DNA from: a virus
Virus record (IMG/VR): IMGVR_UViG_3300046499_000422
Coordinates: 4,060-68,059 of that record
Direction: 5' to 3' (one strand)
DNA: 64,000 nucleotides
The notes under the pieces were generated by a model. The model made no database searches, was not told where the DNA came from, and saw only the letters and a list, made by a program, of their open reading frames with translations. Made by a program: the position numbers and the translations under genes. Below, one piece after another: positions 35,424-45,648 of this stretch; within the stretch, counting starts at the first letter, position 1; each line of letters starts with the position of its first letter.

Positions 35424-36478
35424 ACCGCCCTCACCCGGCCCTTGCGACCGTGGGAGGTGCACACCTGGTCCCGCAGCGTGCCGAGCGCACCAGCCTCCGC
35501 CGCCACGCTCCGGCCGCCGGCGGTCTTCACTGTGCGCCCGTATCCGGCCTGTTCCTGGAGGAGGGTGTTCATGGCCTCGGCGATGGTCAATGCCTTGACG
35601 GGGCCGGGCGCGTCCCATCGGTACACCGGCGCCGCGTTGGAGTGGGTGGCTGCGGTGGTGCCCAGCGCACCGCGCTGCACGGTGAGGGTGCGGGCCGCGT
35701 AGATGGTGGGCGCGGTGTGCGCGGCGAGCGTGCTGCCGTCCCAGCTGCGCTTGACGGTGAGGACGCTGGAGACGTCGGCGATGAGCATGCGCTCGGAGTC
35801 CAGCAGTAGCACCTCATCCGGGGCGTACGCGCCCGGGGTGGTGACCTGGAGGGTCTCCTCGGCCTTGCCCGCGCCGACCGGCGTCAGGAGGGCCTGGCCG
35901 GTGGTGACTTGCGCCCGGCCGGTGACGAGCATCCGTTCGGAGTCGACCCGCAGTACGGAGCCGACGCCGAGAGCGGCCGAAGCGGGGCCGTCGACTGTGA
36001 TGGTGGTGGCGGTCGTCGTGGTGACAGCGGCGGCGAGGGCGCCAGCGGTGGTCTCGTTGTTGCTGTGCCCGTACAGGCCGGTGATGGCGATGTCGCGCTG
36101 GCTGGTGCTGGACCCGCCGAACGCGGCGCTGCTGTCGAGGTCGAGTTCGAGGAGGTTGTACGGGGCCTCGTCGAGCTGGTCGGAGCGGCGGAGGAAGTAG
36201 TCGCTGCTGGCGATGGTGGTGCCGCCGGTGACGAGGGTGGTGATGCTGATGAGCTCGTTGCTGTCGAGCCACAGCCGCCACGGGCGCGCGTACTGGCCGC
36301 CGGGCCAGTCGAAGTAGCGGGTGGCCTGCTGCGGGTAGAAGCGGCGGTGCGTGAGCCCCTCCACCGACCGCGAGGCGGAGTCGAGGGCGCGGTCGATCTG
36401 CGCGGCGGCCCGCGCGGTCTCCATCACGCTGAGGCCCCGCTGAACCTCCTCGCGGGTGGCGTATACCGGCTGTGTCAT
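35420..36478 (-). CDS. Head-to-tail adaptor with internal beta repeats
   Basis: YATREEV...ASRSVEGLTHRRF; two similar DSERML..G...AAH repeats. Confidence 0.7.
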   Translation of the reverse strand: MTQPVYATREEVQRGLSVMETARAAAQIDRALDSASRSVEGLTHRRFYPQQATRYFDWPGGQYARPWRLWLDSNELISITTLVTGGTTIASSDYFLRRSDQLDEAPYNLLELDLDSSAAFGGSSTSQRDIAITGLYGHSNNETTAGALAAAVTTTTATTITVDGPASAALGVGSVLRVDSERMLVTGRAQVTTGQALLTPVGAGKAEETLQVTTPGAYAPDEVLLLDSERMLIADVSSVLTVKRSWDGSTLAAHTAPTIYAARTLTVQRGALGTTAATHSNAAPVYRWDAPGPVKALTIAEAMNTLLQEQAGYGRTVKTAGGRSVAAEAGALGTLRDQVCTSHGRKGRVRAV

Positions 36479-36482
36479 CGGG

Positions 36483-38054
36483 TCACACCGCCATCAGCTT
36501 GCGGAGGGCGGTGGCCATCCACAGGCCCTTGAGTTTGTGGCCGATGTCGTTGGGGTGGATGACGTCCGCTGCGCCGTCGCCGAGGAACCGGTCCGCCGAC
36601 CCGTATCCGGTGGTGGTGCCGACGCGGCCGGAGCCGGTCATCCATGGGCCGATGGTGTCCACGAGCGTCCACGAGGCGTCACGGATCTCCCCGGTGAGCT
36701 GGCTGATGTAGGGGATGCCCTGCGCTTGGAACACCGTCCTCTGCCACGAGTCTTTGGTGACCGAGCCGGCGGCGGGTGTAGCGACGGGGCTGGCCGCGTA
36801 CGGCGGCCAGTTCCCGGACGTGGAGTAGCAGCCGACCCCGATGACCCACGCCCGGGGCAGGCCGGCCTTGATGGCTGCGATCGTTGAGGTGACGGCCGTC
36901 TGGAACGCGGTCTGGTCGGTCGTCGCGTCGTTGTAGCCGCCGTCAACGATCACGATGTCGAAACCCTTGGCGACGATGTCGAGCGCCACCCTGTTCGGGA
37001 ACGTGGTGTACGGGCTGTTGACTGTGATGAACCCAGTGCCGCCTCTGCTCTGATTCCACCGGTTTTCCCAGCCGAAGGCGTCGCACATGAAGGGGAACCA
37101 GGTACCCGCCGAGCCGCCCGTGTTCACGGCCGAACCGCCGGAGGTGGAGTCGCCGAGCACCGCGATCTTCGGGCCGTGGAGGCCGATCTCCCAGAAGTCG
37201 AACGTGGGCCCTTGGAAGACCCCGCCGAACCGGGAGGTGGAGATCTCCATGCGGATCCGGCGCGGCGCGCTGCTGCCCAGGTTCACGGTCAGCAGGTGGC
37301 TGTTGCCGAGGGAGCCCTCGGTGGCGATCGACGACAGCGGGATGGGTTTGTCCTGCACCGGGACGCCGTCGATGAAGATCCTGATCGCATCCGTGGTGGC
37401 CTGCGGGAGCAGCCGCACCTGGAAGATGTCGGCGTCGGTACCCCACGCGACGTTGAGGACGCCAGCGGGGTTCGCTGCCGTGTGGGGGTCGATGCTCATG
37501 CTGACCACGAAGTTGACGCTGGACGAGGACAGGGCGATCTCGTCCGCCGCGTAGGTGTACGGGCCGGTCGTGTCGGCGCTGTTGCCGCTGCCGCTGAGCG
37601 CCACGGGGGACGGCGTGTACTTCACGAACCCGGCCGTGGGAGTTGAGGTCTGCGCCAACGTCAAGTTGCAGGTGCCACCCACCGCCGCCGAGGTGTACAG
37701 GGCCTTCTGCGTGATCAGCGGCGGCATGTGCCGGCGCCGCCACGCCGTGTCCTGAACATCGACGTACGCCGTGGTCGGCAGCGCGGCGCCAGCCGCCGTG
37801 ACCGCGCCACCCTGCGACACCGAGAGCTTGGTCGCGCCGGTGGCGTCCCGCAGGTCGAGGAGCGTTCCCGGGCCCTGGACCACAGCCGCCGGGGCGGACG
37901 CGTTCAGGGAGAGGGCCTGAAGGGCGGAGGCGCGTCCGCTGGTCGCGGCGAGCGTGACGGCCACGCCGTGGCAGTCCGTGGCGCCGCCGTCGGGCTGGTC
38001 CTGGACGGTGAGCCCGGAGGATCCCGGGTCACGGTTGCGGATGGTCTCGCCCAT
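36483..38054 (-). CDS. SGNH/GDSL hydrolase-domain protein within the head genes
   Basis: VLGDS (block I), GGTG (II), GGYND (III), DVIHPN (V). Confidence 0.85.
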   Translation of the reverse strand: MGETIRNRDPGSSGLTVQDQPDGGATDCHGVAVTLAATSGRASALQALSLNASAPAAVVQGPGTLLDLRDATGATKLSVSQGGAVTAAGAALPTTAYVDVQDTAWRRRHMPPLITQKALYTSAAVGGTCNLTLAQTSTPTAGFVKYTPSPVALSGSGNSADTTGPYTYAADEIALSSSSVNFVVSMSIDPHTAANPAGVLNVAWGTDADIFQVRLLPQATTDAIRIFIDGVPVQDKPIPLSSIATEGSLGNSHLLTVNLGSSAPRRIRMEISTSRFGGVFQGPTFDFWEIGLHGPKIAVLGDSTSGGSAVNTGGSAGTWFPFMCDAFGWENRWNQSRGGTGFITVNSPYTTFPNRVALDIVAKGFDIVIVDGGYNDATTDQTAFQTAVTSTIAAIKAGLPRAWVIGVGCYSTSGNWPPYAASPVATPAAGSVTKDSWQRTVFQAQGIPYISQLTGEIRDASWTLVDTIGPWMTGSGRVGTTTGYGSADRFLGDGAADVIHPNDIGHKLKGLWMATALRKLMAV

Positions 38055-38093
38055 CGGTACCTCCTCTCGGGCGTCGGGTGGGGCAGGAAGCAG

Positions 38094-38462
38094 TTACTCG
38101 TCACTGGCCGACGTATCGGCCTCCGGGTCGCCATCCGTCCCAGCGGCAGAAGAGCTGCCCGTCCGGGCCTTCTTGGAGCGGCTCGCCGTCGTGCGGGCAG
38201 GCGATGGGTCCGGCGTCCCGCTCGGCTCGGGCGAGGGCTGCGGCCTCTCGGTAGATGTCTGCGAGCTGTCGCCAGCTGATGGCTGCTCACTCCCCTCGGC
38301 CTGCTCCGCTTCGGCAGCCGCGTTCGTGGGGCCGCCGTGCACGGTGTTCTTCGCCATGGGCTGCTGTCCTTCCTCGACGTACTCCGTGGACTGGCAGTGC
38401 GGGCAGCGCGGGGCGCCCACCGAGTAGGTGGTCGAGCACTCCATGCACGCCCACAGCGCCAT
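38094..38462 (-). CDS. Hypothetical protein (Zn ribbon plus disordered tail)
   Basis: CMEC...CPHC followed by S/P/E-rich low-complexity sequence. Confidence 0.65.
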   Translation of the reverse strand: MALWACMECSTTYSVGAPRCPHCQSTEYVEEGQQPMAKNTVHGGPTNAAAEAEQAEGSEQPSAGDSSQTSTERPQPSPEPSGTPDPSPARTTASRSKKARTGSSSAAGTDGDPEADTSASDE

Positions 38463-38463
38463 G

Positions 38464-38931
38464 TCAGGCCGCCGTCACAGTCGCGCCGTCATCCAGCGGC
38501 ACGTACGTCAGCGTCCACTGGATTGCCCCCGTGGCATCCGCCGCTGAGACGTTGACGCCGACGGTCCCGACCGGGATCTGGATCGCCGACGGCAGCGCCG
38601 CGCCAGCGCCCGCGTTCTGCACGTTCAGCGCTGTGCCGACCGTGCCGGCCAGCGCGAGCAGGGCGCCGACTTCCTTGCCGGTGATGGCTGTCGCCGAGGA
38701 CACGTCCACGGCGGTGCCGGTCGTCGGCGTCGACACGATCTTCGCGCTGGGGGTGGTACCGGCGATCACCGTGGTGACCTTGCCGTACAGGCCGGTGACC
38801 AGAACGCGGCCACCCGTCACCGTGAAGATCACGCTGGTGGCATTCTGCGGGACTGTCTTGCCCGCAGCGTTGGAGACGGCCGTGCCGTACAGCAGCTTCC
38901 GCAGCTGGCTCCCCTGGATGATCGTCGTCAT
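38464..38931 (-). CDS. Putative capsid decoration / structural protein
   Basis: 155 aa Thr/Ala/Val beta-rich ORF after the capsid gene. Confidence 0.7.
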   Translation of the reverse strand: MTTIIQGSQLRKLLYGTAVSNAAGKTVPQNATSVIFTVTGGRVLVTGLYGKVTTVIAGTTPSAKIVSTPTTGTAVDVSSATAITGKEVGALLALAGTVGTALNVQNAGAGAALPSAIQIPVGTVGVNVSAADATGAIQWTLTYVPLDDGATVTAA

Positions 38932-38932
38932 G

Positions 38933-39370
38933 TCAGGCTCCCATCGCGGGCAGGTTCGCCGGGCCGCGCTGCGTCATCAGGTCGCGGGTGACCGCGTTGA
39001 CGGTGCCGGCGCCGGTGCTGGTGAGCTTGACGAACTTGTAGGTGTCGGACAGCTGGGTGTTCTCGACCTCGCACACCATGGCGTTCTGCGTTGCAGCCGC
39101 AGCTGTGACCACGGTCGCCGCGGCGGCCTGGGTGCGCCGCGTCCACGCGTCGGAGGCGTTGCCGGTGTTGGTGAAGTACTCCGAGATCGCGGCGAGGTTC
39201 TGCGCGCCGGTCCCCGCAGAGTCCTTGGCTTCCTGGAGGGTGTACGTGTCGCCGGCGGCGCCGCCGAGGTAGCACAGGAACGCGATGCCCCCGGCTTCCC
39301 GCAGGTTGATCCATACGCCGTCGGAGGCAGGCGAGGTGTTGAACAGCCTGCCGAGTGCCTTCTGAGCCAT
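38933..39370 (-). CDS. Putative capsid decoration / structural protein
   Basis: 145 aa directly after the capsid gene; GGAAGG RBS. Confidence 0.75.
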   Translation of the reverse strand: MAQKALGRLFNTSPASDGVWINLREAGGIAFLCYLGGAAGDTYTLQEAKDSAGTGAQNLAAISEYFTNTGNASDAWTRRTQAAAATVVTAAAATQNAMVCEVENTQLSDTYKFVKLTSTGAGTVNAVTRDLMTQRGPANLPAMGA

Positions 39371-39428
39371 CTCGGGTTCCTTCCGTCTGGGGGTCCTGTC
39401 GGGGCGACACTGCCGACCCGGGTGGAAG

Positions 39429-39458
39429 CCGGCGGCGGGGGTTGAATGCCGCCGCCGG
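39429..39458 (-). terminator. Hairpin after the major capsid gene
   Basis: ccggcggcgg...ccgccgccgg 10-bp stem. Confidence 0.6.
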
Positions 39459-39466
39459 CCGGTGGG

Positions 39467-40846
39467 TTACCGTGCGGCGAGCTCGACGAACGGGCTGAGG
39501 CTGTTGCCGCCGTTCTTCGGGGTGATCGCGGACTTGATCCAGGGGCGGCCGTCGACGCGCTGGATGATGCGGAACGCGGTCTGGTCGTTGCCGAACTTCC
39601 AGTCCGTGCTGGAGGAGGCGGACATGGACTGGCGGTCGCCGACCAGGTAGTAGTTCATGTCGATGAACGCGATGTCGCCGCGCGAGCCGAGGACGTTGGC
39701 CTTCTCCGAGATGATGATCGGACGGCCGAACAGGGTGGCCGGGCCGGGGCCCGAGGCGTTGACGACGAACACCGAGTTGCCGCCGGTGCCCACCGACAGG
39801 GCCATGGTGTACAGCTGCGGGATCGTGTCGGGGGAGACGAGCCACACCGCGCTGCCCAGCGAGCTCGGCAGCATGCGGGCGTACATGTTGACCACGTTCT
39901 CGTACACGATCGTCGCGGCCGGCTGGCCCGCCTCGGCAGCCACCGCGACCGACGCGGTGTTGCCGGAGCCGAGGAACCCCAGCGGCTCGCCGACGCCGGT
40001 GCCGGTCATGAACTTGGCGTCCTCTTCGAACGCCAGGGTCAGCGGCCACAGCCGCTCGATCAGCGCACTGAAGGAGATCGGCGAGTCCTGGAGCAGCTCG
40101 TTCGGCACCACCGACAGGCCGGTGAGCTTCTTGGCGTCCAGCTCGATCCGCAGGAACTTGGGGTTGGCGTCGGTCAGGGCCGCCGACTCCTCGCCCCAGT
40201 ACGCAACCATCCCGCCGAACACCGAGCTGGCGTTGGAGGTGACGTCGATCGCGGGGAACGGCACCCGGGCCGAGTCCATCGGGACCACGGTCGCGTTCGG
40301 CCGGACGACGGCCTTCTCCAGCGCGATCTCCAGCAGCTGCGAGCGCATCGTCTCGGGCACCAGGAACCCGCCGTCGGCCGGGCTCACCGACGAGGCGGCG
40401 TTGCGGAGCTCGGCGAGCCGGGCCTGGTTGTCGGGGGTGGTGTTGAGGTGCCAGATGGTGTTGAGGTAGTCGACGGCGCTGTTGAACTGGCCGTCGATCT
40501 TCGCGCCGGGGGCGTTGGCGTTGTGCGTGGCGCCCTGGCCGTAGGAGGTGAGCATGTTGGTCCGGCCGCCGCCCCGGCGGTTCTGCGGGTCGAGGGGGAG
40601 GCGCTTGATGCGGTCGGCGTTGTCGCCGTCGACGTCCTTCTCCTTGAGGTACGCGGCGAGCTGGCGCTGCGTTTCCTCGGCGATCTGCCGGTTCAGGTCG
40701 GTGCCGTCGCCCTGCTGCTTGTTCGCGTACTCGGTGATGAAGCTCGTGAGCGCCTGCGGCGAGTGCACGACCTCCTTCGCCCGGGTGGGGTCCGCGAGCA
40801 TCTCCGCCAGTTCCTCGGCGTTGCGCGGCGTGGTCAGTGTGGTCAC
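39467..40846 (-). CDS. Major capsid protein (HK97 fold)
   Basis: DGGFLVPE, WGEE, ELLQDS, G.G.GEPLG, LFGRPI and RVDGRP motifs; GAAGGAGG RBS. Confidence 0.93.
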   Translation of the reverse strand: MTTLTTPRNAEELAEMLADPTRAKEVVHSPQALTSFITEYANKQQGDGTDLNRQIAEETQRQLAAYLKEKDVDGDNADRIKRLPLDPQNRRGGGRTNMLTSYGQGATHNANAPGAKIDGQFNSAVDYLNTIWHLNTTPDNQARLAELRNAASSVSPADGGFLVPETMRSQLLEIALEKAVVRPNATVVPMDSARVPFPAIDVTSNASSVFGGMVAYWGEESAALTDANPKFLRIELDAKKLTGLSVVPNELLQDSPISFSALIERLWPLTLAFEEDAKFMTGTGVGEPLGFLGSGNTASVAVAAEAGQPAATIVYENVVNMYARMLPSSLGSAVWLVSPDTIPQLYTMALSVGTGGNSVFVVNASGPGPATLFGRPIIISEKANVLGSRGDIAFIDMNYYLVGDRQSMSASSSTDWKFGNDQTAFRIIQRVDGRPWIKSAITPKNGGNSLSPFVELAAR

Positions 40847-41946
40847 GATGCCTCCTTCAGAGGACTGTCGCCGCGCTGGGGCGACGCTTGGGGTTCGGTG
40901 AGGTGGGCGGTCAGGACGGCCCACGGATCGGCGGCGGCATCGGTGAGGTGGGCGGTGATCTGGGCCCACACGATGTCCTCGTCGACTGCGGCCTCGGGCT
41001 GCGGCTCGGGCTCAACGATGGGCTCGGGCGCGAGGGCTTCGACCACGGCCTCAGCGGTCGCAACCGCCTCGGTCGCAGCGGCCACCGGGTCGACACCGTG
41101 CTGCTCGACGGCTGCGCGGAGCAGCGCGACGGTCTTCTCGTCGAGCGCTGCGCCGATGTTGATGGTGAGTGTCGTCGCAGGCGCGGCAGGTTCGGCCGGC
41201 GTCGGCTCGGCCGGGGCGGGTCCGGTGTAGCCGTACGCGGTGAGGTCGAACGTCTTCCGCATCTCCGGTTCGGGCTCGTCCTCGCCGGGCTCGGTGACAG
41301 GCTCGCCGCGCTTCGGCATGGATGTGGCCTCGTCCGCGAGACCAGCCTTCACGGCGTCCTCGGGCAGGTACCAGGTTTCGGCGCGCATCTGCTCGCGCCA
41401 CTGCTCGCGGGTGCCGCCAGCACGCGCGGCGTAGGCGTCGGCGATGTTGTCGGAGATGAGGTCGAGGAGTTCGGCCATCTCCTCCATGTCGGAAGCGTCC
41501 CCGAGGCAGACTCCGGAAGCCTCGTGGATCATGAGCATCGTGTTCGGGGCCATCTCCACCCGGTCGCCAGCCATCGCGATGACGGAGGCGATCGATGCGG
41601 CGATCCCGTCAACCTGGATCGTGACGTTCGCCGGGTGGCTCCTGAGCGCGTTGGCGATGGCGATGCCCTCGAAGACACTGCCGCCAGGGGAGTTGACCCG
41701 GACCCGCAGGTTCGGGGAGGTCACCCCGCGCAGGTCGGCGATGAACTGGTCGGCCGTCGCCCCGTACCAGCCGCCGATCTCGTCGTACAGCATCACCTCG
41801 GCCTCGTCCGCCGTCTGGTTGGTGATGCGGTACCAGGACTGCGCCTCGATGCCGTGCTGTGCGCGCAGCTTGTCGGCCTGCTCCCGCTGGCGTGCGGTGA
41901 ATGCGCTGGCCTTGGCGGGAAGCGTGAGGCCCTGAATCCGGCTCAT
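40843..41946 (-). CDS. ClpP-like head maturation protease
   Basis: NSPGGSVFEG, GIAASIAS, MIHEAS and ETWY..EDAVKAGLAD motifs. Confidence 0.92.
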   Translation of the reverse strand: MSRIQGLTLPAKASAFTARQREQADKLRAQHGIEAQSWYRITNQTADEAEVMLYDEIGGWYGATADQFIADLRGVTSPNLRVRVNSPGGSVFEGIAIANALRSHPANVTIQVDGIAASIASVIAMAGDRVEMAPNTMLMIHEASGVCLGDASDMEEMAELLDLISDNIADAYAARAGGTREQWREQMRAETWYLPEDAVKAGLADEATSMPKRGEPVTEPGEDEPEPEMRKTFDLTAYGYTGPAPAEPTPAEPAAPATTLTINIGAALDEKTVALLRAAVEQHGVDPVAAATEAVATAEAVVEALAPEPIVEPEPQPEAAVDEDIVWAQITAHLTDAAADPWAVLTAHLTEPQASPQRGDSPLKEAS

Positions 41947-43490
41947 TCGTCGTCTCCCGTCTTGCGTCGCTTGATGACCTTGCAGCGGCAGTCGTTGCCG
42001 TACTCCGCGCCGACGCAGTGCACGTAGCCGGAACCGCCCGGGTAGTCCTCGTAGGCCGCGCGGCGGTTGCGGTACGTCCGGCCGTCGTTATCCCGGCACG
42101 GGGTGCAGACGCTGTCGTCCTCGTGAGCAACCACGACCCACCGCATAGCGGCCTCGATGTCCTCACCGGTCAGCCCGGCCACCGCCTCGGACCAGTCGTC
42201 CGGCGCGGCCGGCAGCGCCAGGCGCTCCACCGTGTGGACAGCCGCCGGCCCGAGCTGGGCCACCAGGCCTCGGGCCGACGGCAGCGCAGGGGCACCCGCA
42301 TAGGCGATCTCCGGCAGGCCGACCGCCGACAGCGTGCCCGCCGAGTCCATGCCCACAGCGATGAGCGCGGCAGCCGCGTTGGCGCGGGCCGTGAGCAGCA
42401 GCGCCTCGGTCTCCGCGTCCGGGGGCACCGGGTCGCAGTAGTCGAACTCCAGGCCCTTGCCAAGCGCCCCGTACATGGGCAGCAGCTCGTAGTTGAGGGC
42501 GGCCTTGATGCGTTCCAGGCGGGGCACGGTCATCTGCTCGGCGAACCATGCCTTGGCCGCGAGGGCGGTGGCGCGGTTGATGTCCTCGAAGTCGCCGATC
42601 GCGGTCTTGCTGATGCCGTATGCCTCGCGGATCGCGTCGCGGGTAGCGCCGCGCAGCTCGACGAACTGCATGTCCCGCTGGGAGATGGTGCGGTCTTTCC
42701 AGGTGCCGTGTTCGAGGATGGCGACGCGGTGGGCGTTGCCGACGCCGCGGTGCTGTTCGTTCCAGCGCTCGCGCAACTGGTTGAACTCGTTGTCCTGAAG
42801 GGTGGTGGGGATCTCGATGATGCCGCCGGGCTGCGCCGAGTTGCGGAAGAACGCGGTGGCCCACTCGGCTGCGTATCGGGAGGTGTCCAGGTCCGGGAGG
42901 ATCGACAGCACGGGCGACAGGCCCCGGTACGGATCCAGCGGGTTGGGCCGGCGGATCTGGATGACCTGGCCGAGCTCCAGGGCGATCTGCTCGCCGTCCG
43001 GGCTGGTGTACATGTAGCCGAGGAGGAACTTGTCGCGGTCCGGGACGGGCATCATACGGTCGGGGCGGACGGGCCACATCTCCAGCGGCAGGGAGCCAGC
43101 GGTGGAGATGACCCACCAGGCTTCGCCGGTGAGGTCGTAGTGCTGGCCCTGTGCCTCGACGAACTCCTGGCGGGGCATGAAGGGGTTGGGGCGGTTCCAC
43201 AGGTCGAGTGCGGCGTGCGAGGTGACTTCGACGCGGTCCTCTTCGCGGCCGGACTTGGCGGTACGCCACAGCTTCCAGTCGACGAGGGCGGTGGCGTTGC
43301 TGGTGCGGTCGACGATCGCAAAGAGCGTGGGGACCGCCGACATGGCGCGCATCTGGCCCTCGGCGTCGGCGCGGCGCCCGAAGGTGTAGCGGCTGGCGGA
43401 GCGCCCAACCATGGGGACGGGCGGTGCGGCGGGGCGTTGGGTGAGGCTGGTGGCGGCGTTGGCGAGGGAGCCGAGGAGGGACTTGCCCAC
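41943..43490 (-). CDS. Portal protein with C-terminal MuF-like Cys domain
   Basis: RPNP, G.AWW, GLSP, FFRNSAQPGG, DMQF portal motifs; ends with D..VCTPC...HC..NDCRC. Confidence 0.92.
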   Translation of the reverse strand: MGKSLLGSLANAATSLTQRPAAPPVPMVGRSASRYTFGRRADAEGQMRAMSAVPTLFAIVDRTSNATALVDWKLWRTAKSGREEDRVEVTSHAALDLWNRPNPFMPRQEFVEAQGQHYDLTGEAWWVISTAGSLPLEMWPVRPDRMMPVPDRDKFLLGYMYTSPDGEQIALELGQVIQIRRPNPLDPYRGLSPVLSILPDLDTSRYAAEWATAFFRNSAQPGGIIEIPTTLQDNEFNQLRERWNEQHRGVGNAHRVAILEHGTWKDRTISQRDMQFVELRGATRDAIREAYGISKTAIGDFEDINRATALAAKAWFAEQMTVPRLERIKAALNYELLPMYGALGKGLEFDYCDPVPPDAETEALLLTARANAAAALIAVGMDSAGTLSAVGLPEIAYAGAPALPSARGLVAQLGPAAVHTVERLALPAAPDDWSEAVAGLTGEDIEAAMRWVVVAHEDDSVCTPCRDNDGRTYRNRRAAYEDYPGGSGYVHCVGAEYGNDCRCKVIKRRKTGDDE

Positions 43491-43509
43491 GGGCCCCTCC
43501 CCTCTGCGC

Positions 43510-43683
43510 TTAGCCGTCCTTGGCGGTGTGCCAGTCGAGGACGACGGTGAGGACTCCGGCGATGGTCAGCCCGAGCCACAGGCCGAACTTTAGCCCAAGC
43601 CCGGTTGAGATAAGTGTAAATCCTCCTGTCAAGATGAGTTCTGACCGCAAATTCTTCAGACGGATGGCGAACTTCTTCCACAT
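43510..43683 (-). CDS. Small two-TM protein between terL and portal
   Basis: MWKKFAIRLKNLRSELILTGGFTLISTGLGLKFGLWLGLTIAGVLTVV; GGAGG RBS. Confidence 0.7.
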   Translation of the reverse strand: MWKKFAIRLKNLRSELILTGGFTLISTGLGLKFGLWLGLTIAGVLTVVLDWHTAKDG

Positions 43684-43709
43684 AACCGCAAATCCTCCAG
43701 ATTCAGGGG

Positions 43710-45050
43710 TTAGAGCCAGCGCACGTTCGGCCGGCCGCCGAGGTCCCGCTGCGCCACCATGTACCGCATCGCATCCATCGAGTGGTCGTTCTCCTTCACC
43801 GGCTCTTCCTTCAAGCCGCCCGCGCCCGGCTTCACCGCCCACACGTAGCCGGTGACTTCCTCCGTCGCGCACGTCGGCAACGACGCCTCCTCCAGCGCCG
43901 GATCCCGCGCCACCAGAGCGCCCCGCACGACGAATAGCCGTGGCCGTCCGTCCTCCTGGACCTTCAAGCGCGACTGCACATGCTGGATACCGTCGCTGAC
44001 CGTCTTCTTCGCCGCGACCGTCGACAGCCCGAGATGCCGCTCCAGCGTCGCCCGGTCCTCCGCGTCGTGGTCGCAGATCACCGCCCGAGGCGGCGGCCCC
44101 TTCCACTGGCCCGACGGGTACTTCGCCACGGCGAGAATGTCCTTCGCGTGGTCCTCGACCAGGCGCCGGGTGCGGTAGATCTCGTTGACCAGGTACAGGC
44201 GGCCGTCGCCGTCCTCACGCCAGTCCTGCCAGACGAACGGGTTGGTGAACCCGAAGTCCACCGTCCACCAGCGCGTCCATATACCGGGTACCTGGAACGG
44301 GTCGATGAGGTGGATCCCGTCGTCCCAGCCCTCATAGATCAAGCCCTCGGCGGCGGCCCACTTGCCGTCCTTGAGCCGGAGCCGGCGCACGCCGGTGAGT
44401 CGTCCGAGCTTGTCGAAGTAGTCCACGCCTGCCGGGGTGGGGGTGCCATCGGCGTTCATGTACGCGGGGTTGTCCTGGTGGCGGGAGACCAGCATGCGGG
44501 CTGCGCCCTGGTCGCAGCGTTGTTTGATCCAGTGCGTGGGGTGGGCGGGGTTGCAGGCGGCGATCTGTTGCTGCCAGGAGAGGACGCCGTTGCGGAGGCG
44601 GGTGGCGATGGACTCCCAGTCCTTCACCGTGAGTTCGGTGGCCTCGTCGGCGAAGACGAGGTCGTACTCCGCGCTCATGATTTTTTCGGGCTTGTCCATG
44701 CCTCCGACGACGATGACGGAGCCGTTGCTGTACCGGTAGCAGGGTGCCTCTCGGGGGCTGCCGCCGAACCAGCGGACGATTCCACGAGCGATCACGTCGG
44801 CGGCCACCTTCTTCTCGTACGTCACGAGGGTGGTGGAGCCGAGACTGACGGCGGTCTTGCGGACGATGAGGCAGCGGATGCCAGGGTTGTGGAGCGCGGC
44901 GAGGTGCACGCGGAACAGACACGACAAGGACTTGCCCGTGCCGGCGGGACCGGCGATGACCAACTCGGAGTCGCGCGACTTGAAGACCTCCAACGCGGCG
45001 CCGCGCGGCTCGTACCGGACGATGGCGTCCTGGTCGGCCGCTGTGGTCAC
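43710..45050 (-). CDS. terL: Terminase large subunit
   Basis: GPAGTGKS Walker A, FADEATE Walker B, CNP, DFGFTNP and NDHSMDAMRY nuclease motifs. Confidence 0.95.
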   Translation of the reverse strand: MTTAADQDAIVRYEPRGAALEVFKSRDSELVIAGPAGTGKSLSCLFRVHLAALHNPGIRCLIVRKTAVSLGSTTLVTYEKKVAADVIARGIVRWFGGSPREAPCYRYSNGSVIVVGGMDKPEKIMSAEYDLVFADEATELTVKDWESIATRLRNGVLSWQQQIAACNPAHPTHWIKQRCDQGAARMLVSRHQDNPAYMNADGTPTPAGVDYFDKLGRLTGVRRLRLKDGKWAAAEGLIYEGWDDGIHLIDPFQVPGIWTRWWTVDFGFTNPFVWQDWREDGDGRLYLVNEIYRTRRLVEDHAKDILAVAKYPSGQWKGPPPRAVICDHDAEDRATLERHLGLSTVAAKKTVSDGIQHVQSRLKVQEDGRPRLFVVRGALVARDPALEEASLPTCATEEVTGYVWAVKPGAGGLKEEPVKENDHSMDAMRYMVAQRDLGGRPNVRWL

Positions 45051-45592
45051 GCCAGGTCCGCCGGGTCTACGCCGACGACTTCGTAGCGGACCGCCCCGGA
45101 GACGCTGACCTTCTGCTCGGAGTCGAGCCCGAGGAGCTTGGCCCGGCGTTCGGCGTTGCGCCGGCGGGCGTCTTCGATACGGATGAGGCGATCAGCAGCC
45201 TGAAGGACGGGGTTGTCGTCTTCGAGGGGGACGTTGGTGCCGGGGTTGAGGACGACCTGGCCGTTGGAGACGGTGATGTGGTCGCGGTCGACGACGGCGT
45301 AGACGAGCTCTTCGAGTTCAGCGAGGCGTACAAGTTCGGCGTCGAGGCGCGCGACCTCGGTGGCGACGAGTTCGGTGGCGGGTTCGCGTTCGGCGGCGTT
45401 GAAGACCTTCCGTACGCCTTCTTTGGCGGCGTTGATGCTGGGGTAGCCGAGGCGTTGGGCGATCATGCCGTAGGTGTAGCCGTGGGTGTGGAGGTAGGCG
45501 GCTTCGGTGTCGCGTTCGGCTGTTCCGAGGGTGCGGACGTAGCGGCCTCGGCTGTTGCGGGCGTCTTGGTTGGGGTTGGCCACTGCCGTCAC
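45047..45592 (-). CDS. terS: Terminase small subunit
   Basis: HTH (GYTYGMIAQRLGY), ERRAKLLGLD; coupled to terL. Confidence 0.8.
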   Translation of the reverse strand: MTAVANPNQDARNSRGRYVRTLGTAERDTEAAYLHTHGYTYGMIAQRLGYPSINAAKEGVRKVFNAAEREPATELVATEVARLDAELVRLAELEELVYAVVDRDHITVSNGQVVLNPGTNVPLEDDNPVLQAADRLIRIEDARRRNAERRAKLLGLDSEQKVSVSGAVRYEVVGVDPADLA

Positions 45593-45648
45593 CTCCCGTT
45601 GTTACCTGTAGTCGTGCTTTGATGGTAACGGTGAGGCGTGGTGTGGGT

